In this document: positions 9,738 to 19,170 of the stretch, in pieces
How positions within the stretch are numbered: position 1 is the first letter of the stretch
Layout of the letters: each line of letters begins with the position of its first letter
Virus record (IMG/VR): IMGVR_UViG_3300035169_000087
Span: 1-64,000 of that record
Strand: one strand, 5' to 3'
Origin: a virus
DNA length: 64,000 nucleotides
Notes under the pieces: generated by a model
Database searches by the model: none
Told to the model about the DNA's origin: nothing
Seen by the model: only the letters and a program-made list of their open reading frames with translations
Program-made: the position numbers and the translations under genes

Positions 9738-10274
9738 GTGTCCGGCAACTTGCCCGTACCCATCCCGCGCACGTTCTCGGTCAGCGAAGTCGAAGTCGGC
9801 GCGTACCTCAACTCGGTCAGGGATGCGCTCAACTTCCTGGTCAACGTGCCCGCGGCGTTCGTCACCCAGTCCGCGACCCAGAACCTGACCTCCAGCACAT
9901 TCACCGCGCTCACGTTCGACCAGTCCGTGTTCGACTCCTACGGCGGCCACTCCAACGTCACCAACAACTCCAGGTACACCGCGCAGGTCGCGGGCTGGTA
10001 CATCGTGTTCGGCTGCTCGTGCTTCGCCGCCAACACCACCGGGCAGCGCGGCGCGGCCGTCGCCAAGAACGGCACGAGGATTCAAGGCGCGGCCGGGTTC
10101 ATCCAAACCACCAGCGCACTGTCCCCCGCACCCGCCTCACCGCCGACGATCGTGTTCCTCGCCGTCGGCGACTACGTGGAGATCCAGGCGTACCAGAACG
10201 GCGCGAACCCGCTCGCCACCGCGTCCGGGGCCGACTTGGACTCGTCGATGACCGTAGTGTGGATCCACGCCTGA
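9738..10274 (+). CDS. Minor tail/fibre protein with C1q/TNF-like beta-sandwich
   Basis: LNSVRDALNFL N-terminus; TFD...FD..GGH....NSRYTAQVAGWY and FLAVGDYVEI motifs. Confidence 0.7.
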   Translation: MSGNLPVPIPRTFSVSEVEVGAYLNSVRDALNFLVNVPAAFVTQSATQNLTSSTFTALTFDQSVFDSYGGHSNVTNNSRYTAQVAGWYIVFGCSCFAANTTGQRGAAVAKNGTRIQGAAGFIQTTSALSPAPASPPTIVFLAVGDYVEIQAYQNGANPLATASGADLDSSMTVVWIHA

Positions 10275-10289
10275 GCACTGGGGGACCTG

Positions 10290-11468
10290 ATGCGCCGATC
10301 CGGGTACGCGACCACTGCCGCGCTGCTGGCTGCCGGGTTGGCTGCGGCGGGGGGCGGCGCGTCTGCCGCTGTCCGTTCGACTGTGCCGCCCGCACGGGCG
10401 TCCCTCACCTGGTCCTCGACGTGGTCCGCGCCGCAGTCCACCTCGCAGGCGGAGGGTTTCGGCGCGCAGACGATCCGCATGGTCGTCAACAGCAGCCTGG
10501 GCGGCAACCAGGTGCGGCTGCGGCTCAACAACATCTACTCGACCGGCACCGCGGTGTTCGGGCACGTCACGATCGGGCTGCAGCAGTCCGGGTCGACGAC
10601 GCAGGGCACGCCGGCCACGGTCACGTTCGGCGGATCGCAGTCCGTGTCGCTCGGTCCGGGGGCGTCGGCGTGGTCGGACGCCACGCCGTTGACGGTGCCC
10701 GCGCACACGCGCCTGCTCGTCTCGCTGTTCCTGCCGCCGCAGCACTCGGGTACCGCGCCCATGCACAGCCTCGGCGACGACACCGAGTACAACTACTGGG
10801 GCAGCGCGGACATCTCCGCGTCGCCGACGTTCACGGTGTCTAACACCTTCGCGTACAGCATGTACGTGGACGACGTGGACGTGGACACGCTCGCCGCCTC
10901 CACGGTGGTCGCGGTCGGCGACTCCATCACCGACGGCGCTAACCTCGCCACCGACACGGACACCCGCTGGCCCGACTACCTGGCCGCCAGGATCGCGCCG
11001 GCTGGCCTCGCGGTCGCGAACGCGGGAGTTAACGGCGACACGGTCACCGGCTCGTCCCCCGGTATCGCGGCCCGCTGGTCACGCGACGTACTCGCCGTGC
11101 CCGGTGCGCGCGCGATCATCGACGAGGGCGGCATCAACGACCTGCGGCTCGGCGTCACCGCGACCGCGCTCGAGGCGGCACAGACCAGCCTGATCGCATC
11201 GGCGCACACGGCTGGCCTCAAGATCCTGCTGACCACGATCACACCGTGCTCCGGCGCGAGCAGCTGCACGGCCGGGTTCGAGACGCAGCGGCAGGCGTAC
11301 AACGCGTGGGTGCGCGCCGGAACCACCGCTGACGGGTTCGTGGACTTCGACCACGCCATCGGCAACGCCGCGGCCCTGGCCGCCGCGTACGACTCCGGTG
11401 ACCATCTGCACCCCAACGCCGCCGGGCAGGACATGCTGGCCAACGCGGTCGACCCGAGCCTGCTCTAA
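10290..11468 (+). CDS. Secreted SGNH/GDSL esterase
   Basis: Signal peptide; GDSITDG (block I), NAGVNG (II), GGIND (III), DHLHPN (V). Confidence 0.88.
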   Translation: MRRSGYATTAALLAAGLAAAGGGASAAVRSTVPPARASLTWSSTWSAPQSTSQAEGFGAQTIRMVVNSSLGGNQVRLRLNNIYSTGTAVFGHVTIGLQQSGSTTQGTPATVTFGGSQSVSLGPGASAWSDATPLTVPAHTRLLVSLFLPPQHSGTAPMHSLGDDTEYNYWGSADISASPTFTVSNTFAYSMYVDDVDVDTLAASTVVAVGDSITDGANLATDTDTRWPDYLAARIAPAGLAVANAGVNGDTVTGSSPGIAARWSRDVLAVPGARAIIDEGGINDLRLGVTATALEAAQTSLIASAHTAGLKILLTTITPCSGASSCTAGFETQRQAYNAWVRAGTTADGFVDFDHAIGNAAALAAAYDSGDHLHPNAAGQDMLANAVDPSLL

Positions 11469-11779
11469 CCGCCCGGCACGACGGAGCACGCGAGCAGCTG
11501 CCCGTCGGCGGTGAACTCGGTCACGCTCGGCGCGGACGTACCGGGCAGCTCGATCGTGCTCGCCCCGGCCGACTCGGCCCTCGTGACGGTGCCGCCGCCA
11601 GCGCGAACCTCGACACTACCCGGCTGCTCGAGCGTCACCGTGAGCCGCAACCGGCCAGCCGCCGCCGTGTAGCGCACTGAGCACCCGCTGCCCGCTGATC
11701 CCGTCCCGTGGCTGACGAGCAGCACGCCGACCGGAACCGCGAGCGCCAGACACGCCGCCGCGACTACACCCTTACGCAT
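11465..11779 (-). CDS. Small secreted or membrane-anchored hypothetical protein
   Basis: ATG at 11779 (MRKGVVAAACLALAVPVGVLL), two further Cys residues. Confidence 0.5.
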   Translation of the reverse strand: MRKGVVAAACLALAVPVGVLLVSHGTGSAGSGCSVRYTAAAGRLRLTVTLEQPGSVEVRAGGGTVTRAESAGASTIELPGTSAPSVTEFTADGQLLACSVVPGG

Positions 11780-11874
11780 GACCCACCCCTGAATCACTGC
11801 CGGTAACGGCGGCACCCTACTGCGCGTACAAGCGCGCCGAGGCCGAATCCCGAAAACGAAGGGAGGCGGCCGCC

Positions 11875-12315
11875 ATGGCGCACGAGACGGTCGCGGCACA
11901 CGAACAGACAGAGACGCACCACTACTCGGTGCACTTCCCGCCACACCCGGCGCGCACAGACGACCCGCACTACAAGGACTTCGACCACCTGCACCGCGAG
12001 TGGAAGAAAGACCCCGAGAAGTGGCAGTGCGCGGTCGGCAAGCACCGCGGCGACTTCTCCGAATGCGACCTGACCAAGCCGCTGGAGCTGCACCACAGCC
12101 ACGTCGAGTTCTCACTGCAAAACGGCGTCGCCCTCGCCTGGCTGGAAGCCGACTACCCGGGGATCTCCAACCCGGATGAGGTGGGGGCGTGGGTGGAAAG
12201 CCCGGCGAATCTCGAGGTCCTCTGCGTCTTTCACCACCGCGGACACGGCGGCGTGCACGTGGCAGCGGCTGCGGACTACGAGGCTGAAAAGTATGTGCGG
12301 GGGCTGATCACGTGA
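11875..12315 (+). CDS. His-rich HNH-like protein
   Basis: GGGAGG RBS; LELHH...NLEVLCVFHHRG..GVH resembles a beta-beta-alpha-Me motif. Confidence 0.6.
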   Translation: MAHETVAAHEQTETHHYSVHFPPHPARTDDPHYKDFDHLHREWKKDPEKWQCAVGKHRGDFSECDLTKPLELHHSHVEFSLQNGVALAWLEADYPGISNPDEVGAWVESPANLEVLCVFHHRGHGGVHVAAAADYEAEKYVRGLIT

Positions 12316-12878
12316 CCGCCGAACCGCAGCCGGGAACCGCGCCGCGCACCGCGTTCGAGCACGCCGTACACCCGTGGCGCCGCGAACGCGCCCAGCGCGG
12401 CCCCGTGAAGGTCACCGACCAGCACCCGCGCGGCAACCGCGTCACCCGGTTCAACACGCGGCTCGCTCTCGCGACAACCAAGGCCGTTGGCAGCATGTGG
12501 TGCGCGTACGCGTTCGCCGCGTTCGACTGCCTGGCGCTGCCGGAGGCAATCGCGGGCGGCATGTTCGGGATGGTGCAGTGGGTTGCCAGCTTCCTGCTGC
12601 AACTAGTGCTCCTCTCGATCATCATGGTCGGTCAGGACGTGCAGGCGAAGGCAGCAGACGCGCGCGCCGAGTCCACGTTCAAGGACGCCGAGGCGATCTT
12701 GCACGCCGCCGACCAGATCGCCGAGCACCTCACCGCGCAGGACGCGCACCTGATCGAGCAGGACGGGAAGCTCACGGACCTGGTCGCCGCGCAAGGCGGC
12801 CAGTTCGCCGAGTTAACGACACTGCTCACGGCCCTGCATGACCGGCTCGGCGACCGGCCGCAAGGGGGCACGCCGTGA
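12312..12878 (+). CDS. DUF1003-like two-TM membrane protein
   Basis: VGSMWCAYAF...FLLQLVLLSIIMVGQ..QA.AAD.RA signature. Confidence 0.7.
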   Translation: MTAEPQPGTAPRTAFEHAVHPWRRERAQRGPVKVTDQHPRGNRVTRFNTRLALATTKAVGSMWCAYAFAAFDCLALPEAIAGGMFGMVQWVASFLLQLVLLSIIMVGQDVQAKAADARAESTFKDAEAILHAADQIAEHLTAQDAHLIEQDGKLTDLVAAQGGQFAELTTLLTALHDRLGDRPQGGTP

Positions 12879-13828
12879 CCAGGCTCGGCGCAGACGCCAC
12901 CTCCACCAGCATCCCCGCGCTGCGTTCCCTCGGCGCGAGCTGGGTCAGCCGGTACCTGTCGGACTACCCGTGGAAGAACCTCACCCCCACCGAAGCCAAG
13001 GCCCTGACCGCCGCCGGATTCGACCTCGTGTCGAACTGGGAGAACGACGTCGACGACTGGGCCACCGGGCAGGGCGCGGCGTTCGCCCGCCGCGCGGCCG
13101 CCCAGCACGCCGCATGCGGCGGCCCGTCGTGGGCCCCGATCTTCTTCTCCGTGGACGAGAAGGTCGACCCCGCCGACCCCCGGCTGCACCAGTACTTCCG
13201 CGACATCAACGGCGTGCTCGGCGTATCGCGCACCGCCGCCTACGCGCAGACCAGCGTCCTGCGCGTCCTGCGTTCCCTCGGCCTGATCAGCTTCACGTGG
13301 CGTTCCATGTCCACGTTCGGGCTACCCGAGGGCCTGGGCGACCCGGGCGAGTTCGACATCGAACAGACCGGGGCGTTCAACGCGGACTACGACCGGGACG
13401 TGGCGAACAGCACCTACTTCGGGCAGTGGCGCATCGGCGCGACGGCCCCTGCGCACGCACTTCAGGAGGTCACCATGGACGCTCTCTACGCCGTCAACCC
13501 CGGACCCAACCAGGAGGCGGCCGGGATCTGGCTGCTTCTGGGCGGTCACTACACGCACGTGCCGACGATCGCCGACCGCAACACGATCGTCGCGAAGCTC
13601 GGGATCGCGGAGAAGCCGCTGGACTACGACGCGCACCTGGTGCTGCTCGCGGCGACCGGAGCCCCCGCGCCCGCGCCGGTGGACGCCAAGGCCCTCGCCG
13701 CAGCGGTCGTCACCGGCCTGACCCCGATCGTGAACGCCGCACTACAAGCCGGGCAAGCCGTCGACTACGACCACTTGGCCGTCGTCGTCGAATCACACCT
13801 CGCCGCGACACTCGCGCAGGCCAAGTAG
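12875..13828 (+). CDS. Endolysin, DUF1906/Rv2525c-like glycoside hydrolase
   Basis: RYLS...KNLT..EA..L..AG..LVSNWE and PIFFSVD motifs; lies in the lysis region. Confidence 0.8.
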   Translation: MTRLGADATSTSIPALRSLGASWVSRYLSDYPWKNLTPTEAKALTAAGFDLVSNWENDVDDWATGQGAAFARRAAAQHAACGGPSWAPIFFSVDEKVDPADPRLHQYFRDINGVLGVSRTAAYAQTSVLRVLRSLGLISFTWRSMSTFGLPEGLGDPGEFDIEQTGAFNADYDRDVANSTYFGQWRIGATAPAHALQEVTMDALYAVNPGPNQEAAGIWLLLGGHYTHVPTIADRNTIVAKLGIAEKPLDYDAHLVLLAATGAPAPAPVDAKALAAAVVTGLTPIVNAALQAGQAVDYDHLAVVVESHLAATLAQAK

Positions 13829-13873
13829 CCGCCCCACCTGAACAACCGGCCCGCACATCCACAGGAGCGCGCC

Positions 13874-14284
13874 GTGGGCGACGAGCCGATGACCGACGGC
13901 GAGATCAAACGAAACTTCGCCCGCCTCGAACGCGGACAGAAAGACGGCGACGACCGGCACGCGAAACTCGCCGCCGAAATGGTCCCCACCGCACTATGGA
14001 AAGCCGAACACGAGGCACTCCAAGACGACGTACGCGAACTGCGCGACGAAGTACGCGAGACCGCGAAACGCATCGAACGAACCTCCCTGGAACGCATGGG
14101 CGTACTCACCGGGAAAATCGAGGCGGTCAGCAAACGGCAGAGCGCGCACGAGAAGTCGCACGCCGACAACACCAGCTGGTCACGCAACAAGAAACTGATC
14201 GTGGGCGTCGGGATGCTCGGCGCGGCCGCCACGATCGCCGCGGCGTGGATAGCTGCCGCGCTCGCGTCGGGAGGGCTGCACTAG
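13874..14284 (+). CDS. Coiled-coil protein with C-terminal TM helix (lysis accessory/holin-like)
   Basis: AGGAG RBS; C-terminal hydrophobic helix; follows the endolysin. Confidence 0.6.
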   Translation: MGDEPMTDGEIKRNFARLERGQKDGDDRHAKLAAEMVPTALWKAEHEALQDDVRELRDEVRETAKRIERTSLERMGVLTGKIEAVSKRQSAHEKSHADNTSWSRNKKLIVGVGMLGAAATIAAAWIAAALASGGLH

Positions 14285-15183
14285 TGTCGGCTGGACGTCG
14301 GATGCTGGCGGCCGCTTCGGCGGTGCTGCTCGTGGCACTGTTCGCGCTCGTGGTGTTCCTGCTGCTGGTGGTGGATCGCGCGGGTGGTCGTATCGACTCG
14401 CAGGCCTCAGCGATCTCGGCGCTCGCGTCGGGTGACAGTCAGTTGCGGGCGCAGGTCAGGTCGCTGGGTGGGACGCCGAACGTGCCGCCGCCGCAGGTCA
14501 TCATCTCCGGGATCCCCGGGGCGGCCGGCCCTGTGGGTCCGGGTCCGAGTGACGCGCAGGTGCAGGGCGCGGTAGACGACTACCTCGCCGCGCACCCGCC
14601 TGTCGCCGCAGTGTCTACGCAGGCTCTCACCACAGTCGTGGCCGCGTATCTCACCGAGCATCCACCCGCGCCCGGACCGCCGCCCTCGGACGCTCAGGTC
14701 GCTACCGCGGTCGCCGCGTACATGGCCGCGAACCCAGCGCCGTCCGGACCACCGGGACCACAAGGCAGTCCCGGCGTAGGCGAACAGGGACCGGCTGGGC
14801 CGGCCGGAACACCAGGCAGCGCGCCCGCGGGATGGACGTGGACCGACCCGTCGGGCACCACATACGACTGCGCGCAGGACGGCGGGACTCCCGCGCCGCA
14901 CTACGCGTGCGCGGCGCGCCCGTCCCCGTCTGCGTCACCGAGCCAGTCCCCGTCGCCGACCGATTCGACTTCCCCGGCCCCGTCCGTCTCACCGCCCGCG
15001 CCTGCCACGGCCGCACCGACCCTGGCGCCGAGCACTGCACCGCCGACCGGTTCGCCGGCCACGACCGCGGCGTCGTTCACGACCCTCACCAGCCCGGCCC
15101 CGCAGCCCGCGCCCACGACGCCCGGTCCGCGTTCGGGGCTGTGGCTGCTGAGCGTGCCGATGCTGCCCGGCCGCCGCTCCTAA
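14284..15183 (+). CDS. Membrane-anchored Pro-rich/collagen-like protein
   Basis: GTG overlaps the previous TAG; N-terminal TM, LRAQVRSLGGTP, Gly-X-Y runs, Cys-containing minidomain. Confidence 0.7.
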   Translation: MSAGRRMLAAASAVLLVALFALVVFLLLVVDRAGGRIDSQASAISALASGDSQLRAQVRSLGGTPNVPPPQVIISGIPGAAGPVGPGPSDAQVQGAVDDYLAAHPPVAAVSTQALTTVVAAYLTEHPPAPGPPPSDAQVATAVAAYMAANPAPSGPPGPQGSPGVGEQGPAGPAGTPGSAPAGWTWTDPSGTTYDCAQDGGTPAPHYACAARPSPSASPSQSPSPTDSTSPAPSVSPPAPATAAPTLAPSTAPPTGSPATTAASFTTLTSPAPQPAPTTPGPRSGLWLLSVPMLPGRRS

Positions 15184-15209
15184 CCACCGCAGTACCCGCA
15201 CACCCGCCT

Positions 15210-15257
15210 CCGCCCGCTCTCAGCCCCTCGCACGGGCTGGGGGCGGGCGGCTTTTTT
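15210..15257 (+). terminator. Intrinsic terminator ending the late operon
   Basis: CCGCCCGCTCTCAGCCC...GGGCTGGGGGCGGGCGG hairpin followed by CTTTTTT. Confidence 0.85.
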
Positions 15258-15355
15258 GCGTTCCCGGAAGGGCGATCCGTGACCTGCGTGTGACCCGTGC
15301 TCAAGGGCGTCGGCCGAAGGGGGGTTAAGAACCAGGTGGGGCCTGTCAAGAAGAT

Positions 15356-15380
15356 GTGTCCGAGGGGGGACTTGAACCCC
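15356..15380 (-). mobile_element. att core matching the 3' end of an actinobacterial tRNA-Leu (probably GAG)
   Basis: Minus strand GGGGTTCAAGTCCCCCCTCGGACAC = T arm plus acceptor 3' strand; no 5' half of the tRNA; ~120 bp upstream of the integrase. Confidence 0.85.
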
Positions 15381-15498
15381 ATCTAACATGCTGGTAGCTG
15401 CGCTGATGCCAGTATCCCTTTCCCTCGGTATCCCTGTCTATCCTTGCGTTTCCCGGCGGGCCGTGACCCCGGGTCACAGCCGGTGGCATCATGGCGGC

Positions 15499-16863
15499 AT
15501 GGCGAGCCTCTCCCACCGCACCCTCAAAGACGGCGCCACCGTGTACCGGGTGACCTGGCGGCCCAAGGACCCCGACGCGGTGAAGAAGCAGACCGTGGAG
15601 ACCTTCGACCCGCGTGAGGGGCGCCACCGCGACCGCGACGCGGCGGTGGCGTTCAAGCACGCGGTGGAGGCGTTCGGGCACTGCTGGCCGCCGAACTACG
15701 CGCCCGGCCAGGGGTACCTGAACGCGGAGGCGTACGCCGAGGCGCAGAAACGCCAGGGCGCCGGCCCAGCGGAGCCGGTGCCGTTCGAGCAGTACGCGTC
15801 GCAGTGGCTGGAGACGGTCGCCAACGGCCTAGAGGACGGCACCGCAGGCCGCTACCGGCAGATCCTGGCCAACCACCTGATCCCGGCGTTCGGGCACCTG
15901 GACATCCGCGACCCGGGCGGCATCACGCCGCTGCTGATCGGCCGCTGGATCACCGCGCTACGCCACCCCGAGAGCGAGGAGGACGAGGAGCAGGTCGCCG
16001 GGCTGTCACCGAAGACGGTGCGCAACCTGCACGGGCTTCTGTCCGCGATCCTGCAGAGCGCGGTGGAGCGGGAGGTGCCGCTGCGGGAGCGCAACCCGTG
16101 CCGGGAGTCGGGCAAGCACCTGCCGCGGCTGGATGAGGGCGACGAGATGGTGTTCCTCTCCCCAGGCGAGTACGACCTGATCCGCGGTCAGATCATCGAC
16201 GGTGAGGCGCGGGATCTGGCGGACTGCCTGTACGGCACGGGGCTGCGCTACAGCGAGGCGACGGCGCTGCGCGCGATGGACTTCCATTTGGATGCGCGGC
16301 GGGCGAGCTTCCAGGTGCGCAAGGCGTGGAAGCAGGAGTCGGACGGCTCCTACAAGCTGGGTGATCCGAAGACGGAGGCGGCGAAGCGCACGGTGTATCT
16401 GACGCCGGTTCAGGTGGAGGCGTGGGGCAAGCGGCTGGCCGGTCTGCGGCGCGAGTCGCTGGTGTTCCAGGGACCGAACGGCGGCCGGTTCGTGCATGAC
16501 ACGTTTTATTCGCAGCGTTGGCGTCCGGCGGTGTACCGGGCGGCGCGGTGCGTGCAATGCCGGTCCGAGGACTATGCGGCGGGGGTGGGGCGGCGCGGGT
16601 ACCGGTATCTGCGCAGTGAGCATGTGGCGTGGTGCGGGCACGAGGGACAGCTTGAGGTGATCCCGCGGGTGCACGATCTGCGGCACAGCCACGTGGCTGC
16701 GTTGATCGGGATCGGGACGCCGCTGTTGGCGATCTCCCGGCGGCTGGGGCACAAGAGCATTCAGATCACACAGGACCGGTACGGGCATCTACTGCCGCAC
16801 GTGCACGACGATCTGCTGGATGGGCTGGACGCGCTGCTGGCGACGCTCGGGGGGCGCGTTTAG
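15499..16863 (+). CDS. int: Tyrosine integrase
   Basis: TGLRYSE (R), PKT (K), HDLRHSH (HxxR), LGH...ITQDRYGH (H, Y). Confidence 0.95.
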   Translation: MASLSHRTLKDGATVYRVTWRPKDPDAVKKQTVETFDPREGRHRDRDAAVAFKHAVEAFGHCWPPNYAPGQGYLNAEAYAEAQKRQGAGPAEPVPFEQYASQWLETVANGLEDGTAGRYRQILANHLIPAFGHLDIRDPGGITPLLIGRWITALRHPESEEDEEQVAGLSPKTVRNLHGLLSAILQSAVEREVPLRERNPCRESGKHLPRLDEGDEMVFLSPGEYDLIRGQIIDGEARDLADCLYGTGLRYSEATALRAMDFHLDARRASFQVRKAWKQESDGSYKLGDPKTEAAKRTVYLTPVQVEAWGKRLAGLRRESLVFQGPNGGRFVHDTFYSQRWRPAVYRAARCVQCRSEDYAAGVGRRGYRYLRSEHVAWCGHEGQLEVIPRVHDLRHSHVAALIGIGTPLLAISRRLGHKSIQITQDRYGHLLPHVHDDLLDGLDALLATLGGRV

Positions 16864-17594
16864 CCGCGGCCGGAGCGCGGCTCGCTTTCCTCGTCCTGCT
16901 CGACGGGAAGCGGCGTGGTGCGCTGCGCGGGGCCGCGCACCAGGTGCAGTTCAGCGGGCGCGGCGAGATCACCCGCGCCGAGGGCGGTCAGCCGCAGCCG
17001 TGCGCGGTCCTCCCGGGCACACGCGTGCATCTCACAGGCGAGCTCGTAGAGGGTTTCACGGCGCGCCGCAGCGGTACCGGAGGCCACGATCACGGTCGTC
17101 CAGATCCCGACCGAGAGACACAGGATCAGCGTGAACATGCTCACCAGCAGTGTCACGTGGTACATGCCCCTGGCGGCCTGCCAGGTGTAGATCGCGGCCA
17201 GGACCCACGCGACGGCGGCGGCGGAACTCAGGCCCCTGCGCACCCGGGGGCGCAGCCGCCAGCGGCGCGCACCGGGGATCAGGACACTGTCCAGCCGCGG
17301 GTCCCCGATCGCCAGGCCACGGGCCAGTGCGCGGGTGACGCGCGGTTCCTCGCCATGCAGCATCGCGATCCCCAGACCCAGGCAGCCGGCGCCGATACTC
17401 CAGCAGCACAGCAGCCCGAAACGCTCGGGCAGTAGGCGAATGGTGTGGGTGGCCTGCGCGGCGATCAGCGCGCCAGACCCGCACCAGGTGGTTGCGGCCA
17501 GGAGCGCGCCAGCGCGCACGATGGCTCGATCCCCCCGCGCTTGATCTCCGCCGCCGGCCCGTGTTGGCGGGTCGTCGGGCGGCCGGTCGGACAT
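16860..17594 (-). CDS. Four-TM membrane protein (possible exclusion/immunity factor)
   Basis: Four hydrophobic segments; downstream of the repressor on the same strand. Confidence 0.55.
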   Translation of the reverse strand: MSDRPPDDPPTRAGGGDQARGDRAIVRAGALLAATTWCGSGALIAAQATHTIRLLPERFGLLCCWSIGAGCLGLGIAMLHGEEPRVTRALARGLAIGDPRLDSVLIPGARRWRLRPRVRRGLSSAAAVAWVLAAIYTWQAARGMYHVTLLVSMFTLILCLSVGIWTTVIVASGTAAARRETLYELACEMHACAREDRARLRLTALGAGDLAAPAELHLVRGPAQRTTPLPVEQDEESEPRSGRG

Positions 17595-17774
17595 GTGCTC
17601 TCCCCTGCGTGTCCGTCACCCTTGTGGCCCGAATCACCAGGGCGTGCCTGTGTTTGTGACCGGTAAACCGGAGTGTAGTGCGCATACCCCGGACTTTTCA
17701 GCTTATGGAGCGTGCGCCCCGGCGCGCAGCGATTTCACCCGATCGAGTTACAGTGCTTTGTTTCGTGGGGAGTT

Positions 17775-18269
17775 TCAGAGCATTGCCCTGGTTTCGTCGC
17801 CGTCGGTTTCGCCGCTCTTGCTGCGGGTGCGCCCGTCGTGTTCGGTGCGGTAGCGGCGCTGGGCTTCGGCGAGGCGCAGTTCGAAGTAGTGGATGGTTTC
17901 GGCTTGGGTGCGGCGGAATTCGGCTTCGAGCTGGTCGCGCTGAGCGGCCGTCAGGACGCGTTCGTTGCGGATGCGCGCGATCATCGGGTGTTCTTCCGCG
18001 TTGTCGATCTCGGCGCGGATGAGCGCGGCGGCGCGGGCCATGCCGGCGGCTTCGAGGGCTTCGGTGGCGTCGCTTTGCCGTAGTGCGTGGGCGACGGCGA
18101 TGACGTCTTCGATGCGGCGGGGGGCGTAGCCCTTGCCGGTGTACCACTTGGAGATGTTGCCGGTGGTCATGCCGAGGATGTCGGCGATTTCGGCTTGGCT
18201 GATTCCGCTGGCGTCGAGCGCTGCGCGAAACCATGCCGACCAGGTGTGTGCGGGGTCGGCGTCCGGCAT
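17775..18269 (-). CDS. Immunity repressor, XRE-family HTH
   Basis: ISQAEIADILGMTTGNISKWYTG HTH; divergent from the early operon. Confidence 0.85.
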   Translation of the reverse strand: MPDADPAHTWSAWFRAALDASGISQAEIADILGMTTGNISKWYTGKGYAPRRIEDVIAVAHALRQSDATEALEAAGMARAAALIRAEIDNAEEHPMIARIRNERVLTAAQRDQLEAEFRRTQAETIHYFELRLAEAQRRYRTEHDGRTRSKSGETDGDETRAML

Positions 18270-18312
18270 GGCGCGTCCTCCGGTACTCGGTGGGGGGTCC
18301 TTCATTTTTGAA

Positions 18313-18499
18313 GGAAGCGTACCGCTTCTCAGTGTATGCGGCGGGTTACCCGTGCGTAAGTAGCGTGACGCAAAGTCGCAGCGCCCGAACACATTCCTGA
18401 CTTAGCCGCAGGTCATCCCACGACTGCGTGGAAGTTGCGCAACCTGCCCGTGACCTGCGGCGAATGGGTTGCGCTTCCTGCCGGAAGCGTGTAGCTTCC
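18313..18499. promoter_or_regulatory. Putative repressor operators GGAAGC-N5-GCTTC(C/T)
   Basis: 17-bp near-palindromes at 18313-18329 and 18483-18499, a degenerate copy near 18430, all in the divergent intergenic region. Confidence 0.65.
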
Positions 18500-18545
18500 T
18501 ACATACAGGAAGGAACTTCCTTCTTTTCTTGATCGAGGAGCCAGA

Positions 18546-18884
18546 ATGGCCCGACTCCGCAGCGGCGTGCGCTACCGCCTCAAGCGCGCACCGCAGGACG
18601 GCCCGGCGACCCCGTCCAACGACGCACTGATATGGCTCGCCGCCCTGAACCCCGCATGGACCCGCGGCCCGCAGATGGTGCCCAACATCGAGGCCATCGC
18701 CCGCGCCGCACACATCAACCCCGTGTCCCTGCTGCGCGCCGCACAACGCGACAGCGAGATCTCCCAGCGCATGATGGCCAGCCTCGTGTGCGCCTGCGTC
18801 GAGCACGGCGAGAAGCACGACCGGGCGTTCAGCGCACTGTTCGAACTCGTGCGCGACAGCGACTACGCCGGAGCCGCCGCATGA
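18546..18884 (+). CDS. Cro-like HTH protein
   Basis: GAGGAG RBS; NIEAIARAAHINPVSLLR; first rightward gene opposite the repressor. Confidence 0.6.
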   Translation: MARLRSGVRYRLKRAPQDGPATPSNDALIWLAALNPAWTRGPQMVPNIEAIARAAHINPVSLLRAAQRDSEISQRMMASLVCACVEHGEKHDRAFSALFELVRDSDYAGAAA

Positions 18885-19162
18885 GCGACGAGACCCGCTG
18901 GCGCACCGTCACAGAGACCGCCGAGCACTTCAACATCAGCCGCAACGCCGTCTACGAGGGCTGCAAGAACGGCGGCTGGCCGCACCGGCGCCCCCACAAG
19001 GGCGTGCGCGCACCGATCCTGTTCGACCCAGCGCAGGACTGGCCGGTGATCGCGGAGCTGATGCGCCCGGCATCGACACGAGTCCCCGTCAACGCCGCTC
19101 CGTCCATCGCGCGGATCGACCGCGGGATGAAGCGCCGGATGCCGCAGCGCACAGCCGCCTAA
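18881..19162 (+). CDS. Excisionase-like winged-HTH protein
   Basis: WRTVTETAEHFNISRNAVYE...GGWP; ATGA overlap. Confidence 0.7.
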   Translation: MSDETRWRTVTETAEHFNISRNAVYEGCKNGGWPHRRPHKGVRAPILFDPAQDWPVIAELMRPASTRVPVNAAPSIARIDRGMKRRMPQRTAA

Positions 19163-19170
19163 ACGCAGAA

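Noticed and set aside
5446-10274. Diversity-generating retroelement acting on tail genes
   Set aside because: No reverse transcriptase and no template/variable repeat pair differing at adenines was seen
6988-12815. In-frame TTA codons (6988, 12813) as bldA-type control of late genes
   Set aside because: Only two noticed, host genus unknown, and no systematic count possible
12838-15183. 781-aa ORF as one protein
   Set aside because: The first ~480 codons are an Arg-rich shadow frame over the lysin and the next gene; the real gene starts near 14284
15356-15380. Intact tRNA gene
   Set aside because: Only the 3' 25 nt are present; treated as att core
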